Assembly (NCBI RefSeq): GCF_006345805.1
Contig: NC_043001.1
Location: 74,586,001-74,650,000, forward strand
Length of the DNA: 64,000 nt
Reading direction: 5' to 3'
Origin: Octopus sinensis
Taxonomy: Eukaryota
Under the pieces are notes generated by a model. The model was not told where the DNA came from, made no database searches, and saw only the letters and a program-made list of their open reading frames with translations. Within the stretch, counting starts at the first letter, position 1. Every line of letters starts with the position of its first letter. Shown here piece after piece: positions 49,805 through 63,516 of this stretch. A program made the translations under genes and the position numbers.

Positions 49805-50160
49805 CACACACACACACATATTTATGCATATATAAAAACTGCAAAACTTTTGGCCTTATTTCTTCCCCTTTACATGTTTCATTACTAATACGAGTTGCAT
49901 GTAAATCTTATTAGTAATGAAACATATGTAATGAGGAATACCAAAAAGATTTTCTAGTTTTGTGTTTCGATATGTAATTACTGTGCAAAAAGTGTTTTCC
50001 AGTATTCTTCAGTACTTTCAACTCTTATATACACTATACCAACTACAAAAATACTTTGGAGTAGCAGATGTTTTATGCAGATGTGTTTTATGTGAACAAA
50101 ATTTGGATTACAACCCTATCTAATACAGTATATGTATGTGTATATATAAATATTATAAAA

Positions 50161-50246
<86 letters not shown>

Positions 50247-50347
50247 TATAATATAATCTATATATTGTATATATATTATGTATATTGTATAATATTATAT
50301 ATATATGTATATGATATATATGTGAGTATATATATAGTGTGTGAGTT

Positions 50348-50389
<42 letters not shown>

Positions 50390-50683
50390 TATATATTATA
50401 TATATATATATGTATATATATAGTATATATAATGTATGATCTGTATCTATTTGTCTACATACATATGTTTACACACACACACGTACGCGAGCAAGAATAT
50501 CGATAGTGTTGGACAAAATTCCTGGCGATATTTGCTCCCACTCTTTATATTTCAAATCTCCACACCGGGATCGATAAACAGCGTATCAAACAAGTCATAG
50601 AGTAGATTTATTCGGCTAACTCTTTCTCTCAAAATTTCTAGCCTTCTATCTAGGTTAGAAACTATAAACGTTTCTCTCCTACA

Positions 50684-50810
<127 letters not shown>

Positions 50811-50814
50811 TGAA

Positions 50815-52018
50815 TGTCATTATTCAGTTCTATTTCAAGATTACTTGCCAATTGAGAAAGGGTCGGTTTCTAATCTAGATCCAAGGCCCTTTTCTTGGAA
50901 TTTCAACATCAACAACAAGGTATATTTGCTTCTATGTATGTATGGATATGTGCAGATTTGTATGTTTTGTTTTATTTATGTATTCTCACGCATATAGTAG
51001 CATATGTAGACAAGCGCATATATATTTAAATGATAATCTTCTGGAAAGTATTTAAGATATTCACAGTTCCAGTGATGGATTGGATCTGCAGTCTCCGAAT
51101 TAGTTCTCTCCTTTCTGGTTTTGAGAAGCCTAATTTCTCAAAATTGATATTTAGGCAGTGTATTACATATCGCAGGGCCCCAATAATTACAGGTAGAAAC
51201 CTGAACTTATAATCTGGATAGAGTAATTGTAGATTTCTCAACAGTTCAGCGTAAATATTCTCTTTTTCACTGATCTTCAGCTTTATATTAGCATCTGCTG
51301 GGCAGCTAATTTCCACAACTGTACACATTTTCTCTTCTCTATCCCAAATCATTATATCAGGTCTGTTGTGCCTACATTTTATTTAGGTCTTCACTTTCAT
51401 TCTACCAGTACACCTTTTTATTATCAGTGGCTATAGCTTCTATCATACTGTGGGTTCCTATTTCTTTGTCCTCCGACGAATTTCATTATAGAGTATCCTA
51501 GGTACAACATCATGTCTTATCGATAGATAATATCGTGATGACATTTTTGGACAATTGCTTATGATGTGGGTAATATCTTCGTTGTTAGGTCCACAAAATC
51601 TGCATCGGCTGTCACGTAATACTACTTTTCCTGCATCTGTATCCCTTTTGTGAATCAGGTACTTGGTTGATATTTTCTGTTCCTGGATTTCAAACGAATA
51701 CTCTGCAAAGTGGGAGGTAGTAATCTGGCTATATGTCCATGATAGACTGCTTTGATGAACAATATTACTATCATCTCAGAGCTTTCTACTAACCTATCTA
51801 CGTATCATCTTCTGCTCATATAGGCTCATCCTTTCATATGATGACACGTTGGGCATGTGTTCTAGGTTACCAGACAAGGAATGTTGCTCAAGAAGCTACC
51901 TTCTAAGTCTTATGATGCTATCAGCCGCATGTATGCAAACTTGGCCAAGGGATGCACTTCGACACTTAGCGGTTAAAAGATGTTGTCGAAGTGATATGAT
52001 ACGACATTCAAAGGCATA
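50815..52018 (-). mobile_element. RLE-type (R2-group, R4/NeSL-like) LINE 3' fragment, copy 1
   Basis: CRFC..EDITHIISNC, RHDVV, IMIWDREEK..VVEISCP, 3'UTR ending in microsatellite. Confidence 0.8.
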
Positions 52019-52044
52019 TGTATGTATGAGTACACCTAAACATA

Positions 52045-52287
52045 GGCGCAGGAGTGGCTGTGTGGTAAGTAGCTTGCTTACCAACCACATGGTTCCGGGT
52101 TCAGTCCTACTTCGTGGCACCTTGGGCAAGTGTCTTCTACTTTAGCCTCAAGCCGACCAAAGCCTTGTGAGTGGATTTGGTAGACGGAAACTGAAAGAAG
52201 CCCGTCGTATATATGTATGCATATATGTGTGTGTTTGCGTGTCTGTGTTTGTCCCCCCAACATCGTTTGACAACAAGTAAAAGAGTA
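52045..52287 (+). mobile_element. SINE family A with most of the tail deleted
   Basis: Head intact. Confidence 0.85.
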
Positions 52288-52778
52288 TATGTATGAGTTT
52301 GTATATATACATGCCTAGTTATTATTGCAATAATTCTGGCTTGATAATGATAAGTATCCGTCCTTCCTTATGAGAACTCATCAGCCATCACGGCGCCCAT
52401 TCTTGGAAACGAAAAGCGAGAAAAAGTAGAGGGTGTAATTGGTAGTTAAAGTTCAGAACAGAGTCAAGTCTGTCACCTGATACATACTTGAAATGTAAAG
52501 GAATTGGTAAATTTACTCTTCTTATCAGCTTGTTTCTAAAATTGGTTAAAATGACCCGATGATGGACATTAAGCCATTGTTGAACCTAATTAAGACATTG
52601 TAGAAATAAACAAGCTTATATCAATGACGTACATCTATGTACATGTGTATATACATACATATACATATACAAACATACATATATAAATACATATATATAT
52701 ATGTATTCACACACACACACATATATATATATACAGATACGTACATATATGTATGTATATGCAAAGATAATTAGTATG

Positions 52779-52826
<48 letters not shown>

Positions 52827-53010
52827 AAATGCATGTATACACACACACACATATAATATATACAAATGTGGTATAGGTGTATGTGTACATATTCTTACTT
52901 ATATCCATATATACACATACACTTAAGTTTATTATACTAATATGTGTACACATATTCGCACATACACGTATACTAATACATACTTTAATGCATAAGTACA
53001 ATCCATATAT

Positions 53011-53046
<36 letters not shown>

Positions 53047-53193
53047 AGATATATATATATAATATATTATGTATATATATTATATATATAAATAAATATA
53101 TATAAATAATTATAAAATAATATATATATATGTATATGTATATATATAGTATATATATATATATTATATAATATATATATATATATATATATA

Positions 53194-53269
<76 letters not shown>

Positions 53270-53934
53270 TCACACACACACAACACATATATATATGTAT
53301 ATGCATATGTGTATATATGTTTATATATATATGTGTGTGTGTGTGTGTGTGCATGTTTAACTACATGTATAGATATGTATATTTGTATGAATGTGTGTGA
53401 TTCTCACTCTGTGTGTGTGTGTTGGCTGCTCTCTCGTTATGGAGTACGACTACCTACTGTTCTAAAATTACAAATGTACTCCCTTCCCACTTTGGATTCA
53501 GATGATGTTGAAGGTAAACAACAAACTAAGTTAATACCACGCTGATACCGACTGGAGTTCAAGTAAGAACGCAGTCACACGGACGACCGGAGCATCACAA
53601 CCGCTTCCGCATACGCAACACTTATGTATCCATATGAACGAAGAAATTTCGGAGGTAGCGGCATTTCATTGACGCAAATGCGCTTATGATCCTGATAGCC
53701 GCAATGAAAGGTCCGACGTGTGTTTGTGGTTCTAAGAACACGGGTCATGACTTGCGATCCAGAAAATGGCTGAGGGGCTGTGCACCTAAAAATCAAGCTT
53801 TATAATGACAAATGTTTGTATGATAAGAATGTCACTCTCTGAACCTTTGAATCCGTTAAACTGACAAGAAGTCAAAAGAGGTAACATACCCAGAAATTGC
53901 AAAAATATCGTAGGTTTCGAATAAAAGAGCCTTT

Positions 53935-54030
53935 CCAATATCAATAGTTCAGCATAGGTGTCTCTTTTCCACTGATTTCCAGCTTTATGTTAACATTTGC
54001 TGGGCAGCTAATTTCTATACAACTGCAAAT
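53935..54030 (-). mobile_element. Short fragment of the same RLE LINE family
   Basis: CAATAGTTCAGCATAGGTG..CTCTTTTCCACTGAT..CAGCTTTATGTTAACATTTGCTGGGCAGCTA matches 55385-55453. Confidence 0.8.
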
Positions 54031-54034
54031 ACGC

Positions 54035-54072
<38 letters not shown>

Positions 54073-54073
54073 C

Positions 54074-54143
<70 letters not shown>

Positions 54144-54173
54144 TATATACAGCCGCGTGCAAACAAATATGCT

Positions 54174-54333
54174 GGCATACACGCAGTGGTAAGAAGCTTG
54201 TTTCCCAACCATATAGTTCCAGGTTCAGTCCAACTGCATGGCACCTTGGGCAAATGTTTTCTGCTATGGTCTCGGGCCGACCAAAATCTTATGAATGGAT
54301 TTAATAGATGGAAATTGAAAGAAGCCCGTCGTA

Positions 54334-54406
<73 letters not shown>

Positions 54407-54628
54407 CTGTATGTGTGTGTGTCTTTATGTCTGTGTTTGTCTCCCTATCACCGCTTGACAACCTTGTTAGTGTGTTTACGTCACTGCAACTTAGCTGTTG
54501 GGCAACAGCGACCGATAGAATAAGTACTAGGCTTAAAAAATAAGTCCTGGGGTCGATTTCTCCGACTAAAACCCTTTCAGGCGGTGCTCCAGCATGACCG
54601 CAGTCAAATGACTGAAAAAATTAAAAGT
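54174..54628 (+). mobile_element. SINE family A, full length with internal (TATC)n
   Basis: Head and tail recognisable. Confidence 0.85.
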
Positions 54629-54944
54629 ATCAAAGTATGTCTTCTATTATTACTTGCTTCAGTCATCTAACTATAATTATAACGAGATCTTGCCTTCAAA
54701 AGTTTTTAGTCGAACCGGTTTATTTGTCAACGGCCAAATCATATACAGCTTTACACGGTTATATGGTTGCCAGTAGTGGATTTCAAGTTTTTTTACCATT
54801 GACCTAATACATAGACATGCATAAACGATTATAACTTGGTTGGCTATACCAAACTATTTGCTACTTATTTTAGGTGGCATCGTGGTTCTGGATAAAATAT
54901 ACATGTATGTATATATGCATGTATGTATATATGCATGTATGTAT

Positions 54945-56109
54945 GTCATTATTCAGTTTAATTCAAGATTTCTCGCCAATAGAGAAAGAATCGGTTTCTA
55001 ACCTAGATCTAAGGTTCCTTCATTGGAATTTCAACATCGACAACAGGGTATGTATGTATGTATGTATGTATGTATGTATGTATGTATGTATGTATGTATG
55101 TGCAGATTTGTATGTTTTATGTATGTATTCTCATGTATAGAGTTACATATCTAGACATGCTCATATATATATTTAAATGATAATCTTCTGGAAATTTTAC
55201 AAATTTTTACAGTTCCAGTGATGGATTGGATCTGTAGCCTTGAAATTAGCTTTCTACTTTCTGGTTTTGAGAAGTTTAATTTCTCAAGATTGGTATTTCG
55301 GAAGTGTATTACATATCCCAGGGCCCCAATAATTACAGATATAAACCTGAACTTGTAATCTGGATAGAGTAACTATAGATTTATCAATAGTTCAGCATAG
55401 GTGTTCTCTTTTCCACTGATCTTCAGCTTTATGTTAACATTTGCTGGGCAGCTACAACTGAACACAGTTTCTCTTCTCTATCCCAAATCATTATATCAGG
55501 TCTGTTGTGCTTACATTTTATTGAGGTCTTCACTTGGACATTCCACCAGTACCCCTTTTTATTATGAGTGGTTATAGCTTCTACCATACTGTAGTTTTCT
55601 ATTTCTTTGTCCTCGAAGTTATCCTTCGGACGGATTTCATTATAGCGTGTCCTAGGTACAACATCATGTCTCAACGATAGGTAATACCGTGATAACATTT
55701 TTGGACAATTGCTTATGATGTGGGTGATATCTTCGTTGTTAGATCCCAAAAGTCTGCATCGACTGTCACATTTTACTGCTTTTCCAGCATCTGTATCCCT
55801 TTTGTGCATTAGGTACTTGGTTGATATTTTTTGTTCCTGGATTTCAAACGAATACTCTGCCAAGTGGGATGTAGTAATCCAGCTATTGGTTCATGATAGA
55901 CTGCTTTGATGAAGAATGTTACTATCATCTCAGAGCTTTCTACTAACATATCTATGCATCGTCTTCTGCTCATATAGGCTGATCCTTTCATCTGATAATA
56001 CGTTACGGTAGAGTCGTGCAACTTCTTTGGGCATGTATTCTAGGTTATCAGACAAGGAATGTTGCTCAAGAAGGTGTCGAAATGATATGATACGATATTC
56101 AAAGGCATT
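54945..56109 (-). mobile_element. RLE-type LINE 3' fragment, copy 2
   Basis: Collinear with 50815-52018; EYSFEIQEQKISTKYL, HNRPDIMIWDRE. Confidence 0.8.
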
Positions 56110-56280
56110 TTGCATCGACGTTAAGCCTCTTCGCTTTGTGTATGTATGTATGTATGTATGTATGTATGTATGTATGTATGTATGTATGTATGTATGTATG
56201 TATGTATGTATGTATGTATGTTTGTATGTATGTATGTATGTTTGTATGTATGTATGTATGTATGTATGTATGTATGTGTG

Positions 56281-56640
56281 TCATTACTAAGTTTTAATTC
56301 AAAATTTCTTGCCAATAGAGAAAGAGCCGGTTTCTAACCTAGATCCAAGGCTCCTTCACTGGAATTTCAACATCAACAGCAGGGTATGTATGTATGTATG
56401 TATGTATGTATGTATACCTGCAGATTTGTATGTTTTATTTTATGTATGTCTTCTCGTGCATATACTTGAATATCTAGACATGCTCATATATACTTATATA
56501 CAGATATACTTATATATATACATGCTCATATATACTTATATACATATATATTTATATATACATGCTCATATATACTTATATACATATATACTTACATATA
56601 GATATAATAATAAACTTCTGGAAAGTTTTACAGATTTTGT
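56281..56640 (-). mobile_element. RLE-type LINE 3'UTR, copy 3
   Basis: TCATTA...CCAATAGAGAAAGAGCCGGTTTCTAACCTAGATCCAAGG matches copies 1 and 2. Confidence 0.8.
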
Positions 56641-56793
56641 ATGTATGTGTGTATGTATAGGTACATGTGTTCATAAATGCTTCTATGGTTGTATAAAAAA
56701 CATATAACTTCTATATATATGTATAAATAGCCATATAACAACACATGCTTTTCTAAGACTCTTTTCTTTCTCTCTCGACTTTCTCCTCTTTCC

Positions 56794-56830
56794 TCTTTCT
56801 GACGAAGTGCTATTCTCGAAACGTCACATG
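56794..56830 (+). ncRNA. Minimal type I hammerhead, degenerate stems
   Basis: CUGACGA-A-gugc uauu cuc-GAAACGUC; core and GUC intact; T-rich downstream tail similar in style to 3530-3630. Confidence 0.5.
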
Positions 56831-56953
56831 CCCTCTTTTTTTCCCTCTTTTTTCCATGTAAGGCTTTCTCTGAGCGTCAATCTAATACTGTGTACGTCCT
56901 CTTTACTTTTGTTTTTATCCTGTTTTTATTTTTGATTTGCCGATATATATATG

Positions 56954-57038
<85 letters not shown>

Positions 57039-57053
57039 TCCACACACACGCAT

Positions 57054-57114
<61 letters not shown>

Positions 57115-57119
57115 CATAC

Positions 57120-57320
57120 TCTTTTACTCTTTTATTTGTTTCAGTCATTTGACTGTGGCCATGCTGGAGCACCGCCTCTAGTCGAGAAAATCGACCCCAG
57201 GACATATTCTTTGGAAGCATAGTACTTATTCTATCGGTCTCTTTTGCCGAACCGCTAAGTTACGGTGACGTAAATACACCAGTATCGGTTGTCAAGCGAT
57301 GCTGGGGGGGGGGGGACAAA
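57120..57320 (-). mobile_element. SINE family A tail
   Basis: TTTCAGTCATTTGACTGTGGCCATGCTGGAGCACCGCC. Confidence 0.85.
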
Positions 57321-57370
57321 CACAGACACACAAACATATACACACATATACATACAAACATACATACATA

Positions 57371-57404
<34 letters not shown>

Positions 57405-57418
57405 CATACATACATACA

Positions 57419-57452
<34 letters not shown>

Positions 57453-57686
57453 CTTATCGAAGCACTAGTTTAAGAGACATAAACATAGAAAACCTTTTTT
57501 TAGGAATGCCAAACAGTAAATGGATTTACATACTCACCCCTATATATATGCACCTATATTTATATGCATATATGTGTGTGTGTGTGTGTAAGGGTATATA
57601 TGTCTGTGAGTGTGTGTGTGCGCGCAGGTGAATAAAAATAACATTTTCTTGGTTGTGTCCTGGTTTGTATATTAATAACTATTTCT

Positions 57687-58321
57687 ACTTTAAGCACAAG
57701 GCCTTGAAAAGTTTTGGGGAAGGAGCCTAGTCGATTATATCGACTCCAGTGCGTAGCTGGTAATTAATTCATCGACTCCCAAAAGATGAACGGCAAAGTC
57801 GACCTCGGCGGAATTTGAACTCAGAACGTACCGGCAGACGAAATACCTATTTCTTTACTACCCGCAAGGGGCTAAACACAGAGAGGACAAACAAGGACAC
57901 ACAAACGGATTAAGTCGATTATATGGACCCCAGTGCGTAACTGGTACTTATTTAATCGACCCCGAAAGGATGAAAGGCAAAGTCGACCCCAGCGGAATTT
58001 GAACTCAGAAAGTAACGGCAGACGAAATACGGCTACGCATTTCGCCCGGCGTGCTAACGTTTCTGCCAGCTCGCCGCCTTGGTTTGTATATTAATAATAC
58101 ATTCTACTGGGAGCACAAGGCCTCAAATTTGGGAGAAGGGATTAAGTCGATTATATCGACCCCAGTGCGTAACTCGTACTTAATTTATCTACCCCGAAAG
58201 GATGAGCGGCAAAATTGATCCTGGTGGCATTCGGCATTTGAACATAGAACGTGAAGACAGACAAAATGCCGCCAAGCATTTCGCCCGGCGTGCAAACGGT
58301 TCTGCCAGTTCGCCGCCTTGG
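57687..58321 (-). mobile_element. Tandem family B SINEs (dimer 57687-58081, monomer 58105-58321)
   Basis: Family B motif three times. Confidence 0.88.
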
Positions 58322-58501
58322 TTTGCATATTAATAATGATTGAAGTAACGTTATATATAGATTAGCTGAGTATCATGTCGTTGCTGCGCAATTTTCACAA
58401 TAGAATGAATGCCTTGGCGGACTTCCACGTAAGTTGGATTTTCTCCGTTTTGACAGGAATTTTTCAATTTTTTGTCTTCACCACACTCTTGAAAATGATG
58501 C

Positions 58502-58504
<3 letters not shown>

Positions 58505-58576
<72 letters not shown>

Positions 58577-58725
58577 TGTGTGTGTGTGTGTATGTATGAT
58601 GTGTATGTGTGTGTGTGTGTGTGTGTGGTGTGTGTGTGTGGTGTGTGTGTGGTGTGGTGTGTGTGTGTGTGTGTGTATGTGTGTGTGTGTCTGTAGGTAT
58701 GTATGTGTGTGTGTTGTGTGTGTGG

Positions 58726-58756
<31 letters not shown>

Positions 58757-58785
58757 TATGGGGTGTGTGTGTGTGTTGTGTGTGT
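58505..58785. repeat. Long (TG)n microsatellite
   Basis: Visible directly. Confidence 0.95.
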
Positions 58786-59474
58786 CTAAGAAAAGCATAT
58801 TTACTATCAGAAAAAGTGTATTATTACAAAAAATTATCTTTCACACACCATTTTAAATCACTCTGTCACTCTAATGAATTTCTTACACGTATGCATACAC
58901 ACACACACTGACACAAGCACACACGCCTCCACACACACTAACACAAACACGCCCTCACACAATACACTCACTCACACATACACACACAATACACTCAGAG
59001 CGGGCGATATAAATATACAGAATGAGAGTTTGTGTGGAAATGTATATATATATAGGGGGAAAGTTTATCGTGAGAAAAACGAAAAATGAAAGTTACCCAA
59101 ATGAAGAGGCAGAGAAATATTTTCTGTTGCTGTCACAGATTTTGAAATTTTAAAATTAAGTTAAACTTTTCTAATTTGGTATATCGATGTACATTTCCAC
59201 ACTGAATACGATTTTGCGATTCATTTATTCCAGAAAATTTTTTTAATGTTACAGAAGTTTAAAGCTTAATAATTTTTAACTATTCAGGAAACAGGATTTG
59301 TGCGTGATAGCTGTGTATCATAAAATAAAAGCAAACATTAGAAGACGAAGTTCTAAACAAAACATAGGCCTTTGCACGCCATATGAAGGGAGATGGAGAG
59401 TTGCATGTGTGAGACATATTATATAGAGAGAGAGGGGGGGGGAGAATGCTAAAGTGAGTGGTAAGACGTAAAAT

Positions 59475-59507
<33 letters not shown>

Positions 59508-59881
59508 GTAGGAGATCTGAAAGTTTAGTTATTTCTCCTAGAAAGTTACATATTTTGCGTAAGTATTTATAGACAACCTTCTCTTTGGGGCGCAGATTTC
59601 AAAAGTCGAATTCGTTTATCTCGAGGATGCACTGTTTCGGAACCTTTCGGGGCTAAACAAACATGCATAATCACATACACTCTCATTTATGTAGTAGATG
59701 AAAAAAAAAAAAAAAAAAAAAAAATAGACGGCTGCTTAAATCATTGTGTGTACTGTCAAACGCTAGAATCAAACTACAAAAACAAAAAGAAAAAAACCCG
59801 AAATAAATGTATTTAAACAATATTTCTTCTTATTTCCTTAGAACATGTAAAGACTTTTATATCTGTCTGTCCATCTATCTG

Positions 59882-59950
<69 letters not shown>

Positions 59951-60001
59951 ATATCTATATATATATTATTATCTATCTCTATATCTATCTATCTATCTAT
60001 A

Positions 60002-60047
<46 letters not shown>

Positions 60048-60073
60048 CCTACCTATCTATCTATCATCTATCT

Positions 60074-60121
<48 letters not shown>

Positions 60122-60533
60122 AAATCATATGTATATGTATAATTGTACGTACGTATGTAATGTGTGTGTCTGCATGTGTGTATAAATGTATATAGTTATG
60201 TTTGTGTATGTGTGCGTCTATACACACATGTATAATTCCTAAATATAGATCCATAACACGTGAATAGGTGGGAACACAGAATCTCATGATTTACATAGAC
60301 ACTTGTACATTCATAAGATACACAATGAATTATATGAATTTATGATACTCTCCAGGTAAATCGTGAGATTCCTGCTCATATTTTAACTTTTTCATTGACT
60401 AATAACCAGTTTTTCAGTCACAGTGACCCAGGCGTGTGTGTGTCTATATATGTATATATGCATACATATATATATATGTATACATATATATATATATATG
60501 TATACATACATATATATATTATATATACATACA

Positions 60534-60575
<42 letters not shown>

Positions 60576-60701
60576 TATATATATATAATATATATAGATA
60601 TGTATATATATGAATGTATGTGTATGTGTGTATTATATATATATATATTATATACATACACATATATATATACACACATACGTATGAATCTCTCTCTCTC
60701 T

Positions 60702-60751
<50 letters not shown>

Positions 60752-61134
60752 CTTCATTAAATGACCATCTTTTTTTTCACTATATTAGTTAAAATAAATT
60801 CTGATTGCAGTAATATTCTGAAAATATTTTAGAAAAAAATTTCCTTCCGTCCTTTCCTCTTTTACCTGGAGATAAGTGAGATGTTGTTTAGTATCAAGAC
60901 CGCCTCCATCGAATAGACATATAATCAAAGGTGTTCCGGCTATGCTCATACATCTTACTATTTCAAACATACTATCGCTCACCACTCCTTTTCTTTTCAG
61001 ATGATAATGTATCAATTATGGAGAAGTGGGGTTGATAATCCTAGCTGCTCGAATGACCATGTATAAGCTCTCCTAGAGAGAAGTTTCATAATTTGAGATA
61101 ACAAAAATATGAGTGTGTTTAACTTCATTATTTT

Positions 61135-61535
61135 TTACCATTTACTTGTTTCACTCATTGGACTGCGACCATGCTGGGACAGTCATGCAGGGATTTGTCG
61201 AACAAGTTGACTCCAGTTTTAAAGTCTGATAATTATTTTATCGGCTTGTTTTGCCGAAACCGCAAAGTCACGGAGACGCAAACGAACCGACATCGGTTGG
61301 TAAGCACACACACACACACACACACACGACGTGCGCGCACATGTGTATATTACACGCACGCATACACGCTTGGCATCCACACAATTTCTATCTTCTAAAT
61401 TCACTTACAAGGCATTGGTCGGCTTTGGGTCATGGTAGAAGACACTTACCCAATGTGTCACGCAGTGAAGGGACTGAAACCGATGCTAATTAGTTGCAAA
61501 GTGACCGTCTTAACACCACACAGCTATGCCTAGGC
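61135..61535 (-). mobile_element. SINE family A, diverged full copy
   Basis: Tail and head recognisable. Confidence 0.7.
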
Positions 61536-62177
61536 TAATTATCAATCAAGAAAATAAAAGAGACTACGTATAAGCTAACATTAAAAAGCATTCATATCTT
61601 CCTCATTGTTGTATTAAAATATGATGCGGTTTCTCATAATGAATAAATATATTAGAAACCGCAAAAGACCACATTTCGTTGTTTAGATATGTGGTTAGAG
61701 CTTTGTTTATAATAATAATAATAATAACTGATTTTGAGATTTAACAGAAGTTCTAACCATGTCTAATCACAAACAAGCTTTGTCAAGGGATGGGTGTTAC
61801 GGTGTGTTGGAGAAACCCTATCTACTTCATATCAAAACATCCGTACTGAAAGAAGAGGAAGTTAATTATTCTCAAAATCTAAAATTAATGGTGGAAAAGG
61901 CAGCGATTTTAAAGCAATTAATGGCCATATTTTGTTTATATTACTCTTGTTTTATATTTGTGTTCTTTGTATTATAAGTAGCTTATGTATAAGAGGGCTG
62001 TATATTAAATTCAGATTCTTATTTTGTTGATGTGGGTAATGTTGTTGTTGTTTAAACCTAGGTTAACTTTGACCCACTAGACGCTTTGATCAAAGTTATT
62101 CTCACTACGACCATCTAGAAGATTTTAGGAATATAGACGACTACGTTCTCTAATGTGTCCATTATTTAACATAGCAT

Positions 62178-62392
62178 AAGGCAGCGAGCTGGCAGAATCG
62201 TTAGCAAGCCGGTAAAAACTGCTTAGCGGCATTTCTGTTGGCTTTATGCTCTGAGTTAAAATTCCGTTGTGGTCGACGTTACATTTCATTGTTTAGGAGT
62301 CGATAAAATATAGTACTTGTTGTGCATTGGGATCGATGAATCAACTACCTTCCTCCCTCAAAATTTCAGTCTTTGTACATATAGTAGAAATG
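62178..62392 (+). mobile_element. SINE family B
   Basis: GGCAGCGAGCTGGCAGAATCGTTAGC... Confidence 0.8.
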
Positions 62393-62822
62393 ATTATTTA
62401 AGACAGTACGTTGATGTTTGAGGAGGACGTGTAGGGATTTGGTTGGTGTTTCTAGCAACGCGTGTGACCAGGAAGCTTAGATGTTATTTGTGTCGTTGGC
62501 TCCAGGTTAAATAAGAATAACATCCTCCCTCTCTTTGTGCTTGTGTAGGTGTATGTGTAACAATTATAATTGGAAATTCATAGTATTCTTGCATTCCAGT
62601 AAAATTCATCGTGGAGTTTAATAAACTATTTATCTATGCATATCATAAAACAAAAGCGATTTAATTGAGCTCTTTATTATATCATCATAAATTACATTAT
62701 CTTCATATGTGTTTCACTGGTGTATACCAGTATGTTCTGATCGATATATAGGATATAAGATGTATATAAATCAAAATTAAGACATCATACAAAATCTTTT
62801 AAGTGTTTTCATTGTAATTTAA

Positions 62823-63043
62823 CCCTTTCGTTACTACATTTATTTTGAGATGCTCTATGTTTCTCTCAATTATTTTAGATATAACAAAGAATTTAGTAAA
62901 ATAACTTGGTTATCATTAAGCTAGTGTTGGGAACATAAATTGTGACTACGGTTTGGTGGACGATTTCAATTCAAAACTTATTCAAACAAGACATTTGTAC
63001 TACAGAGCCAGAGGCGGTTTCAGCCAGGTTGGTAATGAAAGGG
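62823..63043. mobile_element. MITE with TTAA flanks (piggyBac-like)
   Basis: TTAA-CCCTTTCGTTAC...GTAATGAAAGGG-TTAA. Confidence 0.75.
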
Positions 63044-63392
63044 TTAAATAATTTTCACATACATTCTCTGCGAATTTTCAACTTCATTTATTTCACACAC
63101 ACACACATATCAATGTCACATACATATTGTATGTGTTTTGTTCATATGTCCATTAGCTGCATGATAGCATCTTGGGAAACGTCCCTTTACGACACCGAAT
63201 TTGAAAAAAACACCGAATGCTTCAGAACTGACGAGAGAGCTCGCACAGAAGGTGAATGAAAATAATTGATATCAGTGGATATCGCCGTCTTTCAGCTTGT
63301 TAGGAACTTACACTCGACACACCTCGAATCGAACTGAATCTCTGGTTCGAGATACATACGCACACAAACAAACACACACACCCATCCACACA

Positions 63393-63434
<42 letters not shown>

Positions 63435-63516
63435 ACACACGTACATATACACGTACACACATAATAATGTAAGTATGCATGTATGTATGTATTTATGTGC
63501 CTAAATGTTTATATAC

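Noticed and set aside
49960-50020. Minus-strand CUGAAGA...GAAAC
   Set aside because: No stems I or II and no valid stem III.
60785-61015. 76-aa minus-strand ORF with a donor at CCAG/GTAAAA
   Set aside because: No convincing acceptor and no recognisable protein similarity; not supportable.
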